DNA of 64,000 nt from an uncultured SAR116 cluster alpha proteobacterium (GCA_902530325.1 CACAAB010000001.1:11654-75653); one strand, 5' to 3'. Positions 51,449-60,991 are shown, numbered from the stretch's first letter. Notes: generated by a model not told the origin, from the letters alone. Program-made: numbers and translations.

Positions 51449-52451
51449 GTTCCTCACAATTTTTTCCTAATAGCAAATTAAAAAATCTATTCCATTTTTT
51501 TGCATAATTACTTCTATTAACTACCCAATCAACGTGTTTGGAATCGTCTTTTTTTGGGTTTATTTTAATTCCCCACAAGCCATCTACTTCATTAGGAACT
51601 GCTGAATATCTGACATCTGTTATTATATTTTTGTCAATCCCTATTCCTAGATAACCTTGAGAAAACCAATCAAATCTTTTTATATCTTTATATTGTTGAC
51701 TGGTTTTATTAAGTGACAAAAATTCATTTGACAGATTAAGTTTTTTTATCGTGATTCCTTCGCAATACTCTGATTTAGAAAACAACCTTACTGCATCAAC
51801 ATAGTAAAAACCACTATCCTCATAGATTGTTTTCCATAAAAATAAATTTCCTAAACTAGGTTTTACTGTTAGATTTTTGCTCTGATGACCTCTAAACTTA
51901 GCAATTGATTCCCCAACATGTTCTGCACGATTTTCTTGAGAGGCACCAAAGGTTAGATAAATGAAAATATAAAAAATACCAAGAAAAGTGATTAATTTAT
52001 TTTTCTTAATTATTGCAAAAATTATAACTAGAATTACAGGAATACTTAATAAAGGATCAACTACCGATATATAATTCCAAGAAATTCTTTCATCAGAAAA
52101 TGGCCATAAAAGCTGCGTCCCATAACTTGTACAAGCGTCTAATAAACCATGTGTAGCGAAGCCAAAAAGGCTAAACAGATATGTTTCACCCCAACTCAAA
52201 TATTTTCTGAAAAACATTCTCGAAAAAAAAGTTACAATTAAAGCCCCAATAGGTATGAAGATTATAGAGTGTGTAAATTGTCTATGATATTCTAATTTCA
52301 ATAAAGGATCCGACGCAGATCTAATAAAAATATCTAAATCAGGTGCTAAACCTGCAAGGCAACCAACTGTTGATCCTACTAAAATTTTTTTCTTATTAGA
52401 CATTGTTTGAGCAAAAATTGCGCCGAATGCACCTTGAGTAACAGGATCCAT
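51438..52451 (-). CDS. Membrane-bound metal-dependent hydrolase (YdjM-like)
   Basis: 'MDPVTQ', 'APDLD', 'HRQFTHS', 'THGLLDACTSYGT.L.WP'. Confidence 0.85.
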   Translation of the reverse strand: MDPVTQGAFGAIFAQTMSNKKKILVGSTVGCLAGLAPDLDIFIRSASDPLLKLEYHRQFTHSIIFIPIGALIVTFFSRMFFRKYLSWGETYLFSLFGFATHGLLDACTSYGTQLLWPFSDERISWNYISVVDPLLSIPVILVIIFAIIKKNKLITFLGIFYIFIYLTFGASQENRAEHVGESIAKFRGHQSKNLTVKPSLGNLFLWKTIYEDSGFYYVDAVRLFSKSEYCEGITIKKLNLSNEFLSLNKTSQQYKDIKRFDWFSQGYLGIGIDKNIITDVRYSAVPNEVDGLWGIKINPKKDDSKHVDWVVNRSNYAKKWNRFFNLLLGKNCEELNN

Positions 52452-52554
52452 AATATAACCAAAATTATTAAATAAGCTATTTATACACTAAGTTGTCTTG
52501 ACTGTTCATATTTTTTTCTTTTAACATATTTATTGAATTACAAGAGATTTATTA

Positions 52555-54171
52555 ATGAACCAAATTAAATTAAATAATGAGGATTATGACGCCATAATCA
52601 TAGGGGCTGGTTTTTCAGGATTATACCAATTGATTTGTCTTCGTGATCAACTTAACCTTAATTGTGTAGTTTTGGAAACAGGAGATGATGTAGGTGGCAC
52701 ATGGTATTGGAACAGATATCCTGGTGCTAGATGTGATACAGAAAGTCACGCCTATTCTTATTATTTTTCTGATGAATTACTTAAAGAGTGGACATGGTCA
52801 GAACGATATCCAGGTCACGCCGAGATTAGAAGATATATGAATTTTGTTGCAAATAAATTTGATCTTAAAAAAGACATTCTTTTCAAACAAAAAGTTACTA
52901 GCGCAAGTTTTAATAATAACGAAAATAAATGGAATGTAATTACTAACAACAAAATTGAGTTTAAAGCTAAATTTCTTATAACTGCTGTTGGATGTTTATC
53001 AAACACTAATATACCAAATATAAAAGGACTAGAAGATTTTGAAGGTAAATACTACCACACTGGTAATTGGCCTAAAAAAGGTGTTTCATTTGTTGGTAAA
53101 AATGTTGGTCAAATTGGGACTGGATCAACTGGTATACAAGCTGTTCCAGTCATAGCTGAAGAAGCAAAACATTTGACTGTTTTCCAAAGAACTGCAAATT
53201 ATAGCATTCCCGCTAGAAATAAACCATTAACCTCAGAATTTAAAAAACATATAAAAGAAAATTCAGATTTTTACAAAAACCTAGTTAAACGCACACCTAA
53301 TGCTCATCCCTTTGAAATCAGCAAGCGAAATGTTGCTGATGTAGATCCAGAAAAATTAAATGAAATTTATGAAAAAGCTTGGCAAATTGGTGGTCTTCAA
53401 TTTAGGGCAGTATTTAATGATTTGGTTACAGATATTGAAGCAAATAAAACAGCATCTGATTTTATAAAAAAGAAAATTAGAGAAACTGTTTCAAATAAAA
53501 AGTTTGCTTCAATATTGTCAGACATTGACCATCCCTATGCTGGGAAACGTCCACCTATCGACAGTAATTATTTTGAAACCTTTAATAGAGACAACATTAA
53601 TTTAGTTGATCTTCGCAGTGAACCAATAGAGCTAATAAACAAAACTGGAATTAAAACTAAGAATAATCATTATGCCATGGATATAATTGTTTTTGCTACC
53701 GGTTATGATGCGATGACTGGACCTCTGATAAATATGAATATTACAGGAAAAAATAATTTAAAACTTAATGATGCTTGGAGAGAAGGCCCAAAAACTTTTT
53801 TAGGCTTACAAATTCCAGGATTTCCCAATTTGTTTACAATAACAGGACCAGGCAGTCCTTCAGTTTTAACAAATATGCCAATGGCTATAGAACAACATGT
53901 CGAATGGATTCGTGATTGTATTAATTACATGAATAAAAAAGACTACTCAACAATCGAAACAGATATAAATTCTGCCGAAAAATGGGGAGATGAAGTCAAT
54001 TCAATAGCCAATAAAACACTCTTGCCAACTGTAAAACATTCTTGGTATTTAGGAGCAAATATTCCAGGAAAGCCAAGAGTTTTTATGCCTTATGCAGGTG
54101 GGCTTCCAAGATATACTGAAGTATGTAACAACATAAAAAATAATAATTATAAAGATTTCATTTTGAATTAA
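52555..54171 (+). CDS. Type I Baeyer-Villiger monooxygenase (cyclohexanone/phenylacetone monooxygenase-like)
   Basis: 'GAGFSG', 'GGTWYWNRYPGARCD', BVMO fingerprint 'FEGKYYHTGNWP', 'GTGSTG', 'SWYLGANIPGKP'. Confidence 0.94.
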   Translation: MNQIKLNNEDYDAIIIGAGFSGLYQLICLRDQLNLNCVVLETGDDVGGTWYWNRYPGARCDTESHAYSYYFSDELLKEWTWSERYPGHAEIRRYMNFVANKFDLKKDILFKQKVTSASFNNNENKWNVITNNKIEFKAKFLITAVGCLSNTNIPNIKGLEDFEGKYYHTGNWPKKGVSFVGKNVGQIGTGSTGIQAVPVIAEEAKHLTVFQRTANYSIPARNKPLTSEFKKHIKENSDFYKNLVKRTPNAHPFEISKRNVADVDPEKLNEIYEKAWQIGGLQFRAVFNDLVTDIEANKTASDFIKKKIRETVSNKKFASILSDIDHPYAGKRPPIDSNYFETFNRDNINLVDLRSEPIELINKTGIKTKNNHYAMDIIVFATGYDAMTGPLINMNITGKNNLKLNDAWREGPKTFLGLQIPGFPNLFTITGPGSPSVLTNMPMAIEQHVEWIRDCINYMNKKDYSTIETDINSAEKWGDEVNSIANKTLLPTVKHSWYLGANIPGKPRVFMPYAGGLPRYTEVCNNIKNNNYKDFILN

Positions 54172-54174
54172 TGG

Positions 54175-54651
54175 TCAATCATCAATAGTAGTTTTTATTT
54201 CATTAATTTTAGTTCTAATTTTTTTCATTCTTTCTTCAAGAACATTTTTCTTTGGAGGGTTATTTGAGTCAAATTGATCTAATAGATTCGACATTTCGTT
54301 TGCTAATTCATTGCTTTGTCTATTTGAATCTAAAAGTCTTATTTGTGTCTTTCTAATCAATGCACTTAAAACAACATTAGACTTTATCATTTTTGTGAAA
54401 TATGACTTAGGTATCTTTTTCGCAACTAACTTTTGAGCACAAACCTTAGCAGTAACAGTTCTCGGAACATTTAATAAAATGGATGTTTCTCCAAAAATTT
54501 CTCCCATGCCAAGTCTATTAAGCTTTAAGCCATCTTTTGTTTCAATATTTACATATCCTTCTAAAATTAAATATGCCTCAGTCGCATCATTGCCAGCTTC
54601 ATAAATTACTTCACCAGGTTCCCAAATTGCTGACTTTCCATTGTCTTGCAT
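54175..54651 (-). CDS. Cyclic nucleotide-binding domain protein with C-terminal coiled coil
   Basis: 'GEVIYEAG', 'YLILEG.V', 'GEIFGE', 'PRTVT'; heptad-like tail and no HTH. Confidence 0.8.
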   Translation of the reverse strand: MQDNGKSAIWEPGEVIYEAGNDATEAYLILEGYVNIETKDGLKLNRLGMGEIFGETSILLNVPRTVTAKVCAQKLVAKKIPKSYFTKMIKSNVVLSALIRKTQIRLLDSNRQSNELANEMSNLLDQFDSNNPPKKNVLEERMKKIRTKINEIKTTIDD

Positions 54652-54682
54652 CTAATACCACCCAAAAAGAAAAGTAAAAAAA

Positions 54683-54844
54683 TTATAACGGAATATCTAA
54701 TGGCTCCATCCAAAAAATGTATCCATAAAAAATTAAATAACAATAAAATAATAAATAAGCCCACCATGGTTTAGGTTTAAAAGATTTACTTTTTTCTTCT
54801 ATAACCTCTAGTTCTTCTTTATAATTTTTATAATAATTCATCAT
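54683..54844 (-). CDS. Putative 53-aa membrane protein
   Basis: Manual translation MMNYYKNYKEELEVIEEKSKSFKPKPWWAYLLFYCYLIFYGYIFWMEPLDIPL; fills most of a 240-bp gap. Confidence 0.35.
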   Translation of the reverse strand: MMNYYKNYKEELEVIEEKSKSFKPKPWWAYLLFYCYLIFYGYIFWMEPLDIPL

Positions 54845-54888
54845 AAAATTAGATCTGCCCAACTAAATTCTCCGCCATAAATTTTAAT

Positions 54889-55491
54889 TCATATGTCTAA
54901 AAAAATTGTTTCTTTATCGCCTTGTAAAAAAATATCAAATAAATAACTATTCTTTTTAATTTTTTTAGCAATTAAGTTTTTTTTGTTAACTTCGTCTATT
55001 ATAGACAGAAGTGGATCGTTTTTCAATTCATCATCTTCAAAATATACTCGAGTATTGAGTGTCATATTTAGACCCCTTGAAGAAATTGATAATGAAACAT
55101 AGGGGCTATGAGTTTTTCCATCATAACCTATGTAAGATCCAGGTTTTACAGTTTTCAATGTAAACTTTTTTGTTAAGTGATTTGGCATCAGACGTGCAAA
55201 TCCGTTTTCTTCAGTAAATTGTCCTTTTTCATCACATTGCCAAGTTTCAATCATAACATCATCTAACGCAACTCCATTGCCATCAAATACTGAACCTTCG
55301 ATAGTTATTAAATCGGCATCTTTCTTGTTCATAAATGGGATTTCTCCCAAATCATTTTGATAAATTCTGTTTATTTTTATGGCATTAGGCATACAACCTA
55401 TATGAAGAAATGGACCCGCGGTTTGAAATGGGGTTTCATCAAGATTTTCTTTAGCATTTTCCAAATTAGAGACCCTCTTTTCTATTTTCAA
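54889..55491 (-). CDS. pcaG: Protocatechuate 3,4-dioxygenase alpha subunit
   Basis: 'ETPFQTAGPFLHIG', 'IETWQ.D..G', 'RGLN..LNTRVYF', 'LQG..ETIFLDI'. Confidence 0.9.
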   Translation of the reverse strand: MKIEKRVSNLENAKENLDETPFQTAGPFLHIGCMPNAIKINRIYQNDLGEIPFMNKKDADLITIEGSVFDGNGVALDDVMIETWQCDEKGQFTEENGFARLMPNHLTKKFTLKTVKPGSYIGYDGKTHSPYVSLSISSRGLNMTLNTRVYFEDDELKNDPLLSIIDEVNKKNLIAKKIKKNSYLFDIFLQGDKETIFLDI

Positions 55492-56212
55492 AATAGGTTT
55501 GTTTTATTCCTCTCAAGACGATATCAAATTTATAAGCCAATAGATTTTGTGTGTTTGATCTAGAGGTATCTAAAACCCCAATTAAACTATTTTTTGCTTT
55601 TTTATTTCCGATGGAATTCACCATTGGGCAAATTTTGATGAGAGGATCTCCTTCAAAATACATTTGCGTTATTAATCTCTGTCCAAAGCTTTTACCAAAT
55701 ATAGAAAAATGAATATGCATTGGCCTCCATTCAATTCCTCGATTTAGATATGGATATGGTCCAGGTTGAATAGTTAAAAATTCATAATAACCACTTGATG
55801 AAGTTAAACATCTTCCACAACCAGCGAAATTAGGGTCGATTGGTGCAGGGTTTTCATCATTATCATGTAAATATTTACCGGCTGCATTTGCTTGCCAAAT
55901 TTCTATCAGTGCCCCTTTGATTGGATTTGAAAATTGATCAGAAACAGTTCCATAGACAATGATTTTATGACCAAGTGGAGATACTTTATTTCTAGAAAAA
56001 TTTAAGGTTAAATCGTTATCTAGTTTACCGATAATATTTTTGTTAAAGATTGGTCCTAGGATCTCAGTATTTGAAGATGAAAATGAAATTTTTTTATTTT
56101 TGGGTGCTCTAAATGTGCTAGATTTATAATCAGGAAAATCTATTCTAGGATGTTTTGCATAATTTCTTCTAACTAGCGATTTAACATTCATATTTTTACC
56201 TAAATTTACCAA
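55466..56212 (-). CDS. pcaH: Protocatechuate 3,4-dioxygenase beta subunit
   Basis: 'EIWQANAAGKYLH', 'DPNF.GCGR', 'PGPYP', 'WRPMHIHFS' (Tyr/His Fe ligands). Start may be ATG at 56191. Confidence 0.93.
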   Translation of the reverse strand: MVNLGKNMNVKSLVRRNYAKHPRIDFPDYKSSTFRAPKNKKISFSSSNTEILGPIFNKNIIGKLDNDLTLNFSRNKVSPLGHKIIVYGTVSDQFSNPIKGALIEIWQANAAGKYLHDNDENPAPIDPNFAGCGRCLTSSSGYYEFLTIQPGPYPYLNRGIEWRPMHIHFSIFGKSFGQRLITQMYFEGDPLIKICPMVNSIGNKKAKNSLIGVLDTSRSNTQNLLAYKFDIVLRGIKQTYFENRKEGL

Positions 56213-56229
56213 ATTATTTATGATTAGGG

Positions 56230-57399
56230 TTAGTAAGGTAAACCAACATAATTTTCTGCCAAAACTTTCTGAGATGCAACTGAATTTTCTAAATATTCTA
56301 TTTCAGAATCTTGTATTCTTTGATCAAAAGAGGATTGTTCAGGAAATTTATGAAAAGTTGTAGTCATCCACCAGCTAAACCGTATTGCTTTCCAAACCCT
56401 AGAAAGGGCATTGTATGAATACTTATTTAAACCTTCATTTGTTTGAGATTGGTAATATTTTTTCAGAGCATCGTGCAAATAGTATACGTCTGAAACTGCT
56501 AAGTTTAGGCCTTTAGCACCAGTCGGAGGTACAATATGTGCGGCGTCACCAACTAAAAATAATTTCTTCCAACTCATTGGTTCACAAACAAAAGACCTCA
56601 GTGGAGCTATTGACTTTTCAATGGAGCTTCCAGTTACAATAGTATCAGCAGCTTCAGTTGGCAGTCTCTTTTTTAACTCATCCCAAAACTTTTGGTCTGT
56701 CCAATTCTCAATCTTTTCATTCAACGGAGTTTGTATATAGTATCTACTTAAATTTTCATTTCTCATTGAAGCCAAAGCAAAACCGTTGCCATGATTTGCA
56801 TATATTAGTTCCTCACTTACAGGAGGTGTTTCTGATAATATACCCAACCATCCAAAAGGATACTTTCGTTCGAAACTTTTTATTATTGCTTTGGGTATTA
56901 TAGTTCTACTTATTCCGTGAAACCCATCACAGCCTGCCACTAAATCACATTTTATTTTCTTTTCCACACCATCTTTTTTAAATGTAACAAATGGAGCGTC
57001 TGTATGAACATCTTGTGGTAAAACATCCTCAGCATTATTTATTATGTCACCATTTTCTTTTTTTATTTTGCTATATAAATCTTTTGTTACTTCGGTTTGT
57101 CCATAAACTGTTACATGTTTATTCGTCAATTGTTTTAAATTTATTCTAAATCCGTGATTTTTAAATGATAATTGAATACCATCATGATTAAATCCTTCTT
57201 TTTCAAGCCTATCTGATACTCCTGCTTTTTTGAGCATTTCAATTGTACCACTCTCAAGTACTCCAGCTCTAATTCTACCCATAACATGTTCTTCAGATTG
57301 TTTTTCGAGAACTATATTATCAATACCATCTATCGACAAAAGTCTTGATAATAGTAGCCCTGAAGGTCCCCCACCAATTATAACGACGTTTTTTCTCAC
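56230..57399 (-). CDS. pobA: 4-hydroxybenzoate 3-monooxygenase
   Basis: 'IGGGPSGL', 'RIRAGVLE', 'VYGQTEV', 'CDGFHG', 'GDAAHIVPPTGAKGLN', 'LAENYVGLP'. Confidence 0.97.
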   Translation of the reverse strand: MRKNVVIIGGGPSGLLLSRLLSIDGIDNIVLEKQSEEHVMGRIRAGVLESGTIEMLKKAGVSDRLEKEGFNHDGIQLSFKNHGFRINLKQLTNKHVTVYGQTEVTKDLYSKIKKENGDIINNAEDVLPQDVHTDAPFVTFKKDGVEKKIKCDLVAGCDGFHGISRTIIPKAIIKSFERKYPFGWLGILSETPPVSEELIYANHGNGFALASMRNENLSRYYIQTPLNEKIENWTDQKFWDELKKRLPTEAADTIVTGSSIEKSIAPLRSFVCEPMSWKKLFLVGDAAHIVPPTGAKGLNLAVSDVYYLHDALKKYYQSQTNEGLNKYSYNALSRVWKAIRFSWWMTTTFHKFPEQSSFDQRIQDSEIEYLENSVASQKVLAENYVGLPY

Positions 57400-57422
57400 A
57401 AAAATTAGTCCTCAATTAATAA

Positions 57423-57809
57423 TTATTTTAAATAGGTCACTAGCAAAAGAATACATCCAATTATCTGAAGAAAATTTATAAACACTGAGAACTTATGTAA
57501 TTTGTTAAACTTACTTTCATCCTTCAAATCTTTCGATTTATTAATCATAGGCATCAAGACTTGCCTCGAAAAAACAAATCCAACTGTAATAAGTAAAAAA
57601 ATTATTATGGATAATTTATTTTCATAATATGTTGAAAGGGAAAGACCAATTGCGCTCAGAACAAAACCATAAAGATAGTATTTTGGAAAAAAGATTCTAA
57701 GAAATTTAGATGACTGTTTTTCGTTTAAGACTTTAAACACAGAAGTAGCTACCACTAATGGAAAAAAAATCATAAAACTTAATATTGCCGAAGCCACCAA
57801 TGTTAACAA
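57423..57809 (-). CDS. DUF4149/TMEM205-like membrane protein
   Basis: 'FLRIFFPKYY', 'LMPMIN', 'FNKLHKFSV.IN'; 4 TM segments. Confidence 0.7.
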   Translation of the reverse strand: MLTLVASAILSFMIFFPLVVATSVFKVLNEKQSSKFLRIFFPKYYLYGFVLSAIGLSLSTYYENKLSIIIFLLITVGFVFSRQVLMPMINKSKDLKDESKFNKLHKFSVFINFLQIIGCILLLVTYLK

Positions 57810-57904
57810 ATTTTACTCCTATCAAATGAATGATTTTTATTTTCTTATATCAATTATTATCATAAAGTATATTTTGTTTTAATAAAGTTTCATGAGCAAT
57901 AATA

Positions 57905-58447
57905 ATGAACAAAAATATAGCACCTTATTCTGTAGATACATTAATTTCAGAAAAAGAAATAAAGAAACGTATTATTGAATTAGGCGAAGAGGTCAACCTT
58001 TTCTACAAGGAGACGAAAAAACTTTTAGTTGTTGGATTATTAAGAGGTTCTTTTGTATTTATTGCAGATTTAGTTAGGGAACTTAAAATACCTGTTGAAG
58101 TTGATTTTATGACTGCCTCAAGTTATGGAAACTCTATGCAATCTTCAAATAATATTAGAATTTTGACAGACTTAAATACAGATATTAAGAATTTAGATGT
58201 ACTCTTGGTAGAGGATATTATTGATACTGGACACACCCTTAATCAAGTAATCAAGTTACTAAAAAGTAGAAAACCTAAAAGTTTAGAAGTGTGTTGCTTA
58301 TTAAATAAATTTTCACGACGGGAAACTGATATTGAAAGTAGATGGGTAGGATTTGATATTCCAGACGAATTTGTTGTTGGTTATGGAATCGATTATGCAC
58401 AAGATAATAGACACTTACCATTTATTGGAAAAGTAGTTCAAAAATAA
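57905..58447 (+). CDS. hpt: Hypoxanthine phosphoribosyltransferase
   Basis: 'GLLRGSFVF.ADL', 'SSYG', PRPP motif 'VLLVEDIIDTGHTL', 'FVVGYGIDYA'. Confidence 0.96.
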   Translation: MNKNIAPYSVDTLISEKEIKKRIIELGEEVNLFYKETKKLLVVGLLRGSFVFIADLVRELKIPVEVDFMTASSYGNSMQSSNNIRILTDLNTDIKNLDVLLVEDIIDTGHTLNQVIKLLKSRKPKSLEVCCLLNKFSRRETDIESRWVGFDIPDEFVVGYGIDYAQDNRHLPFIGKVVQK

Positions 58448-58516
58448 GTTGGGAATAGCTTTAATTATTTACCTATTTAGGATAATCGTGGAGATTTAGA
58501 AAAGCTATTCCCTTCA
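58445..58516 (-). ncRNA. Candidate sigma54-dependent small RNA
   Basis: Perfect 12-bp stem GGGAATAGCTTT (58451-58462) / AAAGCTATTCCC (58501-58512) around a 38-nt structured loop containing CUCCAC. It starts right at the predicted TSS of a -24/-12 promoter. Confidence 0.5.
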
Positions 58517-58526
58517 ATACGCTATT

Positions 58527-58542
58527 TGCAAATAACATGCCA
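58527..58542 (-). promoter_or_regulatory. Sigma54 (-24/-12) promoter
   Basis: Minus strand TGGCATGTTATTTGCA versus consensus TGGCACG-N4-TTGC(A/T), with exact GG-N10-GC spacing. Confidence 0.7.
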
Positions 58543-58554
58543 AAAAACGTAAAT

Positions 58555-58878
58555 TTATTTTATTTTACTAAAATCATCTAAATTAATGCTGGAGGAATAT
58601 TCAACCTCACATTCACCTTCAGTAAATGACACAGTTCCTCCCATTTCTCGGATATCTTGCCAAAATTGATTAGTCCATCCAGCTCTTTGTTTGTTTACAT
58701 AATCCTTATTTTTGAAAAGATGAAATATCTCTATTGAGTTTTCAGTAACATTTGTAAAAGCTCTAATTATCATGTCTCCATCTTGAAACATATCTTTGCT
58801 TCTACTTTTTAAAGCATTTATTATAGCCTCTTTTGCCAATTTATTTTGAAACTTGATTGATCTTGTCACAGCCCACAT
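58555..58878 (-). CDS. Hypothetical protein (possible dimeric alpha/beta barrel)
   Basis: 107-aa ORF with AGGAG RBS and alternating beta/alpha pattern; no family recognised. Confidence 0.6.
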   Translation of the reverse strand: MWAVTRSIKFQNKLAKEAIINALKSRSKDMFQDGDMIIRAFTNVTENSIEIFHLFKNKDYVNKQRAGWTNQFWQDIREMGGTVSFTEGECEVEYSSSINLDDFSKIK

Positions 58879-58914
58879 TATTTTCTCCTATAAAATTCTA
58901 GAGTTACAATATTT

Positions 58915-60054
58915 TTAATTCCACGGTTTAATAACTATTTTTATTGCATCATCAATTCTTTCTCTTGCATACTTTAAAGCAGTAGGTAGATCAGATAAAT
59001 TAAAAGTATGAGTATGAACTAATTTTGCATCAAATCGTTTTTCTTTCATAAACTGCATTGCTCTATGTGTAGCGCTTTTTCCTTCACCTCTTATTCCAAA
59101 CATGTAAATATTATTAATAACCATATGAGGAATATTAATTTCGACTGGTTTATGAGGGAAAGCTGCAAGACAAATTTTTCTTCCTCTATTTGTCATCATA
59201 ATTGCATCATTCAAGGCTTCTTTTGTACCTGCACACTCAATTACATAGTCAGCACCTTTTTCTCCTACAATGCTTTTTACACTTTGAACAATATCTTTTT
59301 CATTTTTTACATTGAGCGTGTAATCTGCGCCAAGTTGTCTTCCTATTTCAAGTCTACTTTCTCTTGTACCAATTAATATTACTGGCCCTGCCCCTAGAGC
59401 TTTTGCTACTGCAACACCTAATAATCCTATTGGGCCAGGGCCTATTACTACTAAACTTTCCCCAGCTACTAATCCTCCTAATTCTGTAAGACCATACATT
59501 GTAGTTCCTGCCGTAACTACTAAGGTAGCCTCTTCATCTGACATACTATCTGGTACTTTTATAAGTGTGTTTATGTTATTTACAGCATATTGTTTGAATC
59601 CACCATCTGTTGTAAAACCATTTGCTCTATGACCTTTATTAACATTTCCATAATTTAGACCATAATTATGACATGAGGTATACATTCCCATCCTGCATCT
59701 TTTGCACTGACCACAACCAGAGTGGATTTCTACAGTGTCCCTGTCACCAATATCAAATTCATCTACCGAAGGGCCTAATGCCACAACCGTTCCCATATAC
59801 TCATGTCCAGGTGTAAAATTTTTATTAAATGGCAAACCTCCCTCTATTAAAGCTGGTGGCCCGTGACTAATAACATCAAGATCTGTCGCACAGATGGCCA
59901 CCGCATCAATTTTAATAAGCACTTCTGATTTACCTGGCATAACGATAGGTTTGTCAATTAAAGATAGCTCGTCAGGATCTCCTAAAACCCATGCTTTCAT
60001 TGTTTCTGGTATTGGATGTTTAACTGAAGTCTTTCCATTAAATTTAATTGGCAT
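58915..60054 (-). CDS. Zinc-dependent medium-chain alcohol dehydrogenase
   Basis: 'ICATD', 'GHEYMG', 'CGQCKRC.......C', 'GPGPIG'; GAGG before ATG at 60054. Confidence 0.92.
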   Translation of the reverse strand: MPIKFNGKTSVKHPIPETMKAWVLGDPDELSLIDKPIVMPGKSEVLIKIDAVAICATDLDVISHGPPALIEGGLPFNKNFTPGHEYMGTVVALGPSVDEFDIGDRDTVEIHSGCGQCKRCRMGMYTSCHNYGLNYGNVNKGHRANGFTTDGGFKQYAVNNINTLIKVPDSMSDEEATLVVTAGTTMYGLTELGGLVAGESLVVIGPGPIGLLGVAVAKALGAGPVILIGTRESRLEIGRQLGADYTLNVKNEKDIVQSVKSIVGEKGADYVIECAGTKEALNDAIMMTNRGRKICLAAFPHKPVEINIPHMVINNIYMFGIRGEGKSATHRAMQFMKEKRFDAKLVHTHTFNLSDLPTALKYARERIDDAIKIVIKPWN

Positions 60055-60118
60055 GATCAAACCTCTTGTAAAGATTAATGAATCCATTAAATAAAAGAAT
60101 TGTCAAAAAGTTTATATA

Positions 60119-60991
60119 TCAAATGTTGTGTTTAATTTTATATCCGCGCCATGTTGTAAAAAGCCCTGATCCTATAACTACCAATGCACCTACAATAATC
60201 ATTAGGTCTATACTTTCAGAAAAAATTGTTACACCAATAATTGACCCAAATACTAATTGAAGATAAGAAAAAGGTTGTACAACAGAGGCTTCTGCTACTT
60301 GTAATGTTTTGACCATCATAAAATGAGAACCTGCACTTAACACACACATTATAAGGAGCCATAAGTAATCTTCTTTTAAAATATCATCCCATATAAAAAG
60401 ACTTATTAAACTCATTGTTACTGTGCCACCAATACCCGTCCAAAAAAAACTTGTTATTGCTGTATCAGACCTAGAAACATATCTAGTTAAAATAAGATAA
60501 ATAGCAAACATTATAGCTCCAATTATTGCAAAGATAGACCCTTCTGAAATAACATTTGTAGTTGGTCTTAAAATTATTATTACGCCTATGAAACCTGTAA
60601 AAATTGCCATCCACCTCCTCCAGCCAAATCTTTCACCAAGAAACGGAACTGATAAACCTGCAACTATCAATGGGTAACACGCTATAATTGCATGAGTTTC
60701 AACTAAACCTAATAAAGTGAATGTGTAAACAACTAAGCAATTATTTAGAGAAAGAATTACACCCCTGGAGAATTGAATATAAGGTTGCTTTGTATTTAAG
60801 ATATCTGATACACGATTTTTTATAGATAAACATGTGACCATCATTACAAATGCTATAAACCAATAACGCATTGTAACAAGTGTAAAAACATTATTGTTTT
60901 CAGCTAAATATCTAGACACTCCATCCATGCTTGAAAACATAAACGTTGTGATAACCATAAGGGTAATTCCAAAAAGAACATTATTTTGCAT
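60119..60991 (-). CDS. EamA/DMT family transporter
   Basis: 10 TM segments, 'PFLGERFGWRRW', 'IILRP', 'ASVVQPFSY.QL'. Confidence 0.9.
   Translation of the reverse strand: MQNNVLFGITLMVITTFMFSSMDGVSRYLAENNNVFTLVTMRYWFIAFVMMVTCLSIKNRVSDILNTKQPYIQFSRGVILSLNNCLVVYTFTLLGLVETHAIIACYPLIVAGLSVPFLGERFGWRRWMAIFTGFIGVIIILRPTTNVISEGSIFAIIGAIMFAIYLILTRYVSRSDTAITSFFWTGIGGTVTMSLISLFIWDDILKEDYLWLLIMCVLSAGSHFMMVKTLQVAEASVVQPFSYLQLVFGSIIGVTIFSESIDLMIIVGALVVIGSGLFTTWRGYKIKHNI

Noticed and set aside
58451-58512. Simple terminator for hpt
   Set aside because: 38-nt loop and no U-tract on the plus strand; the upstream sigma54 box explains it better, though a dual role is not excluded.
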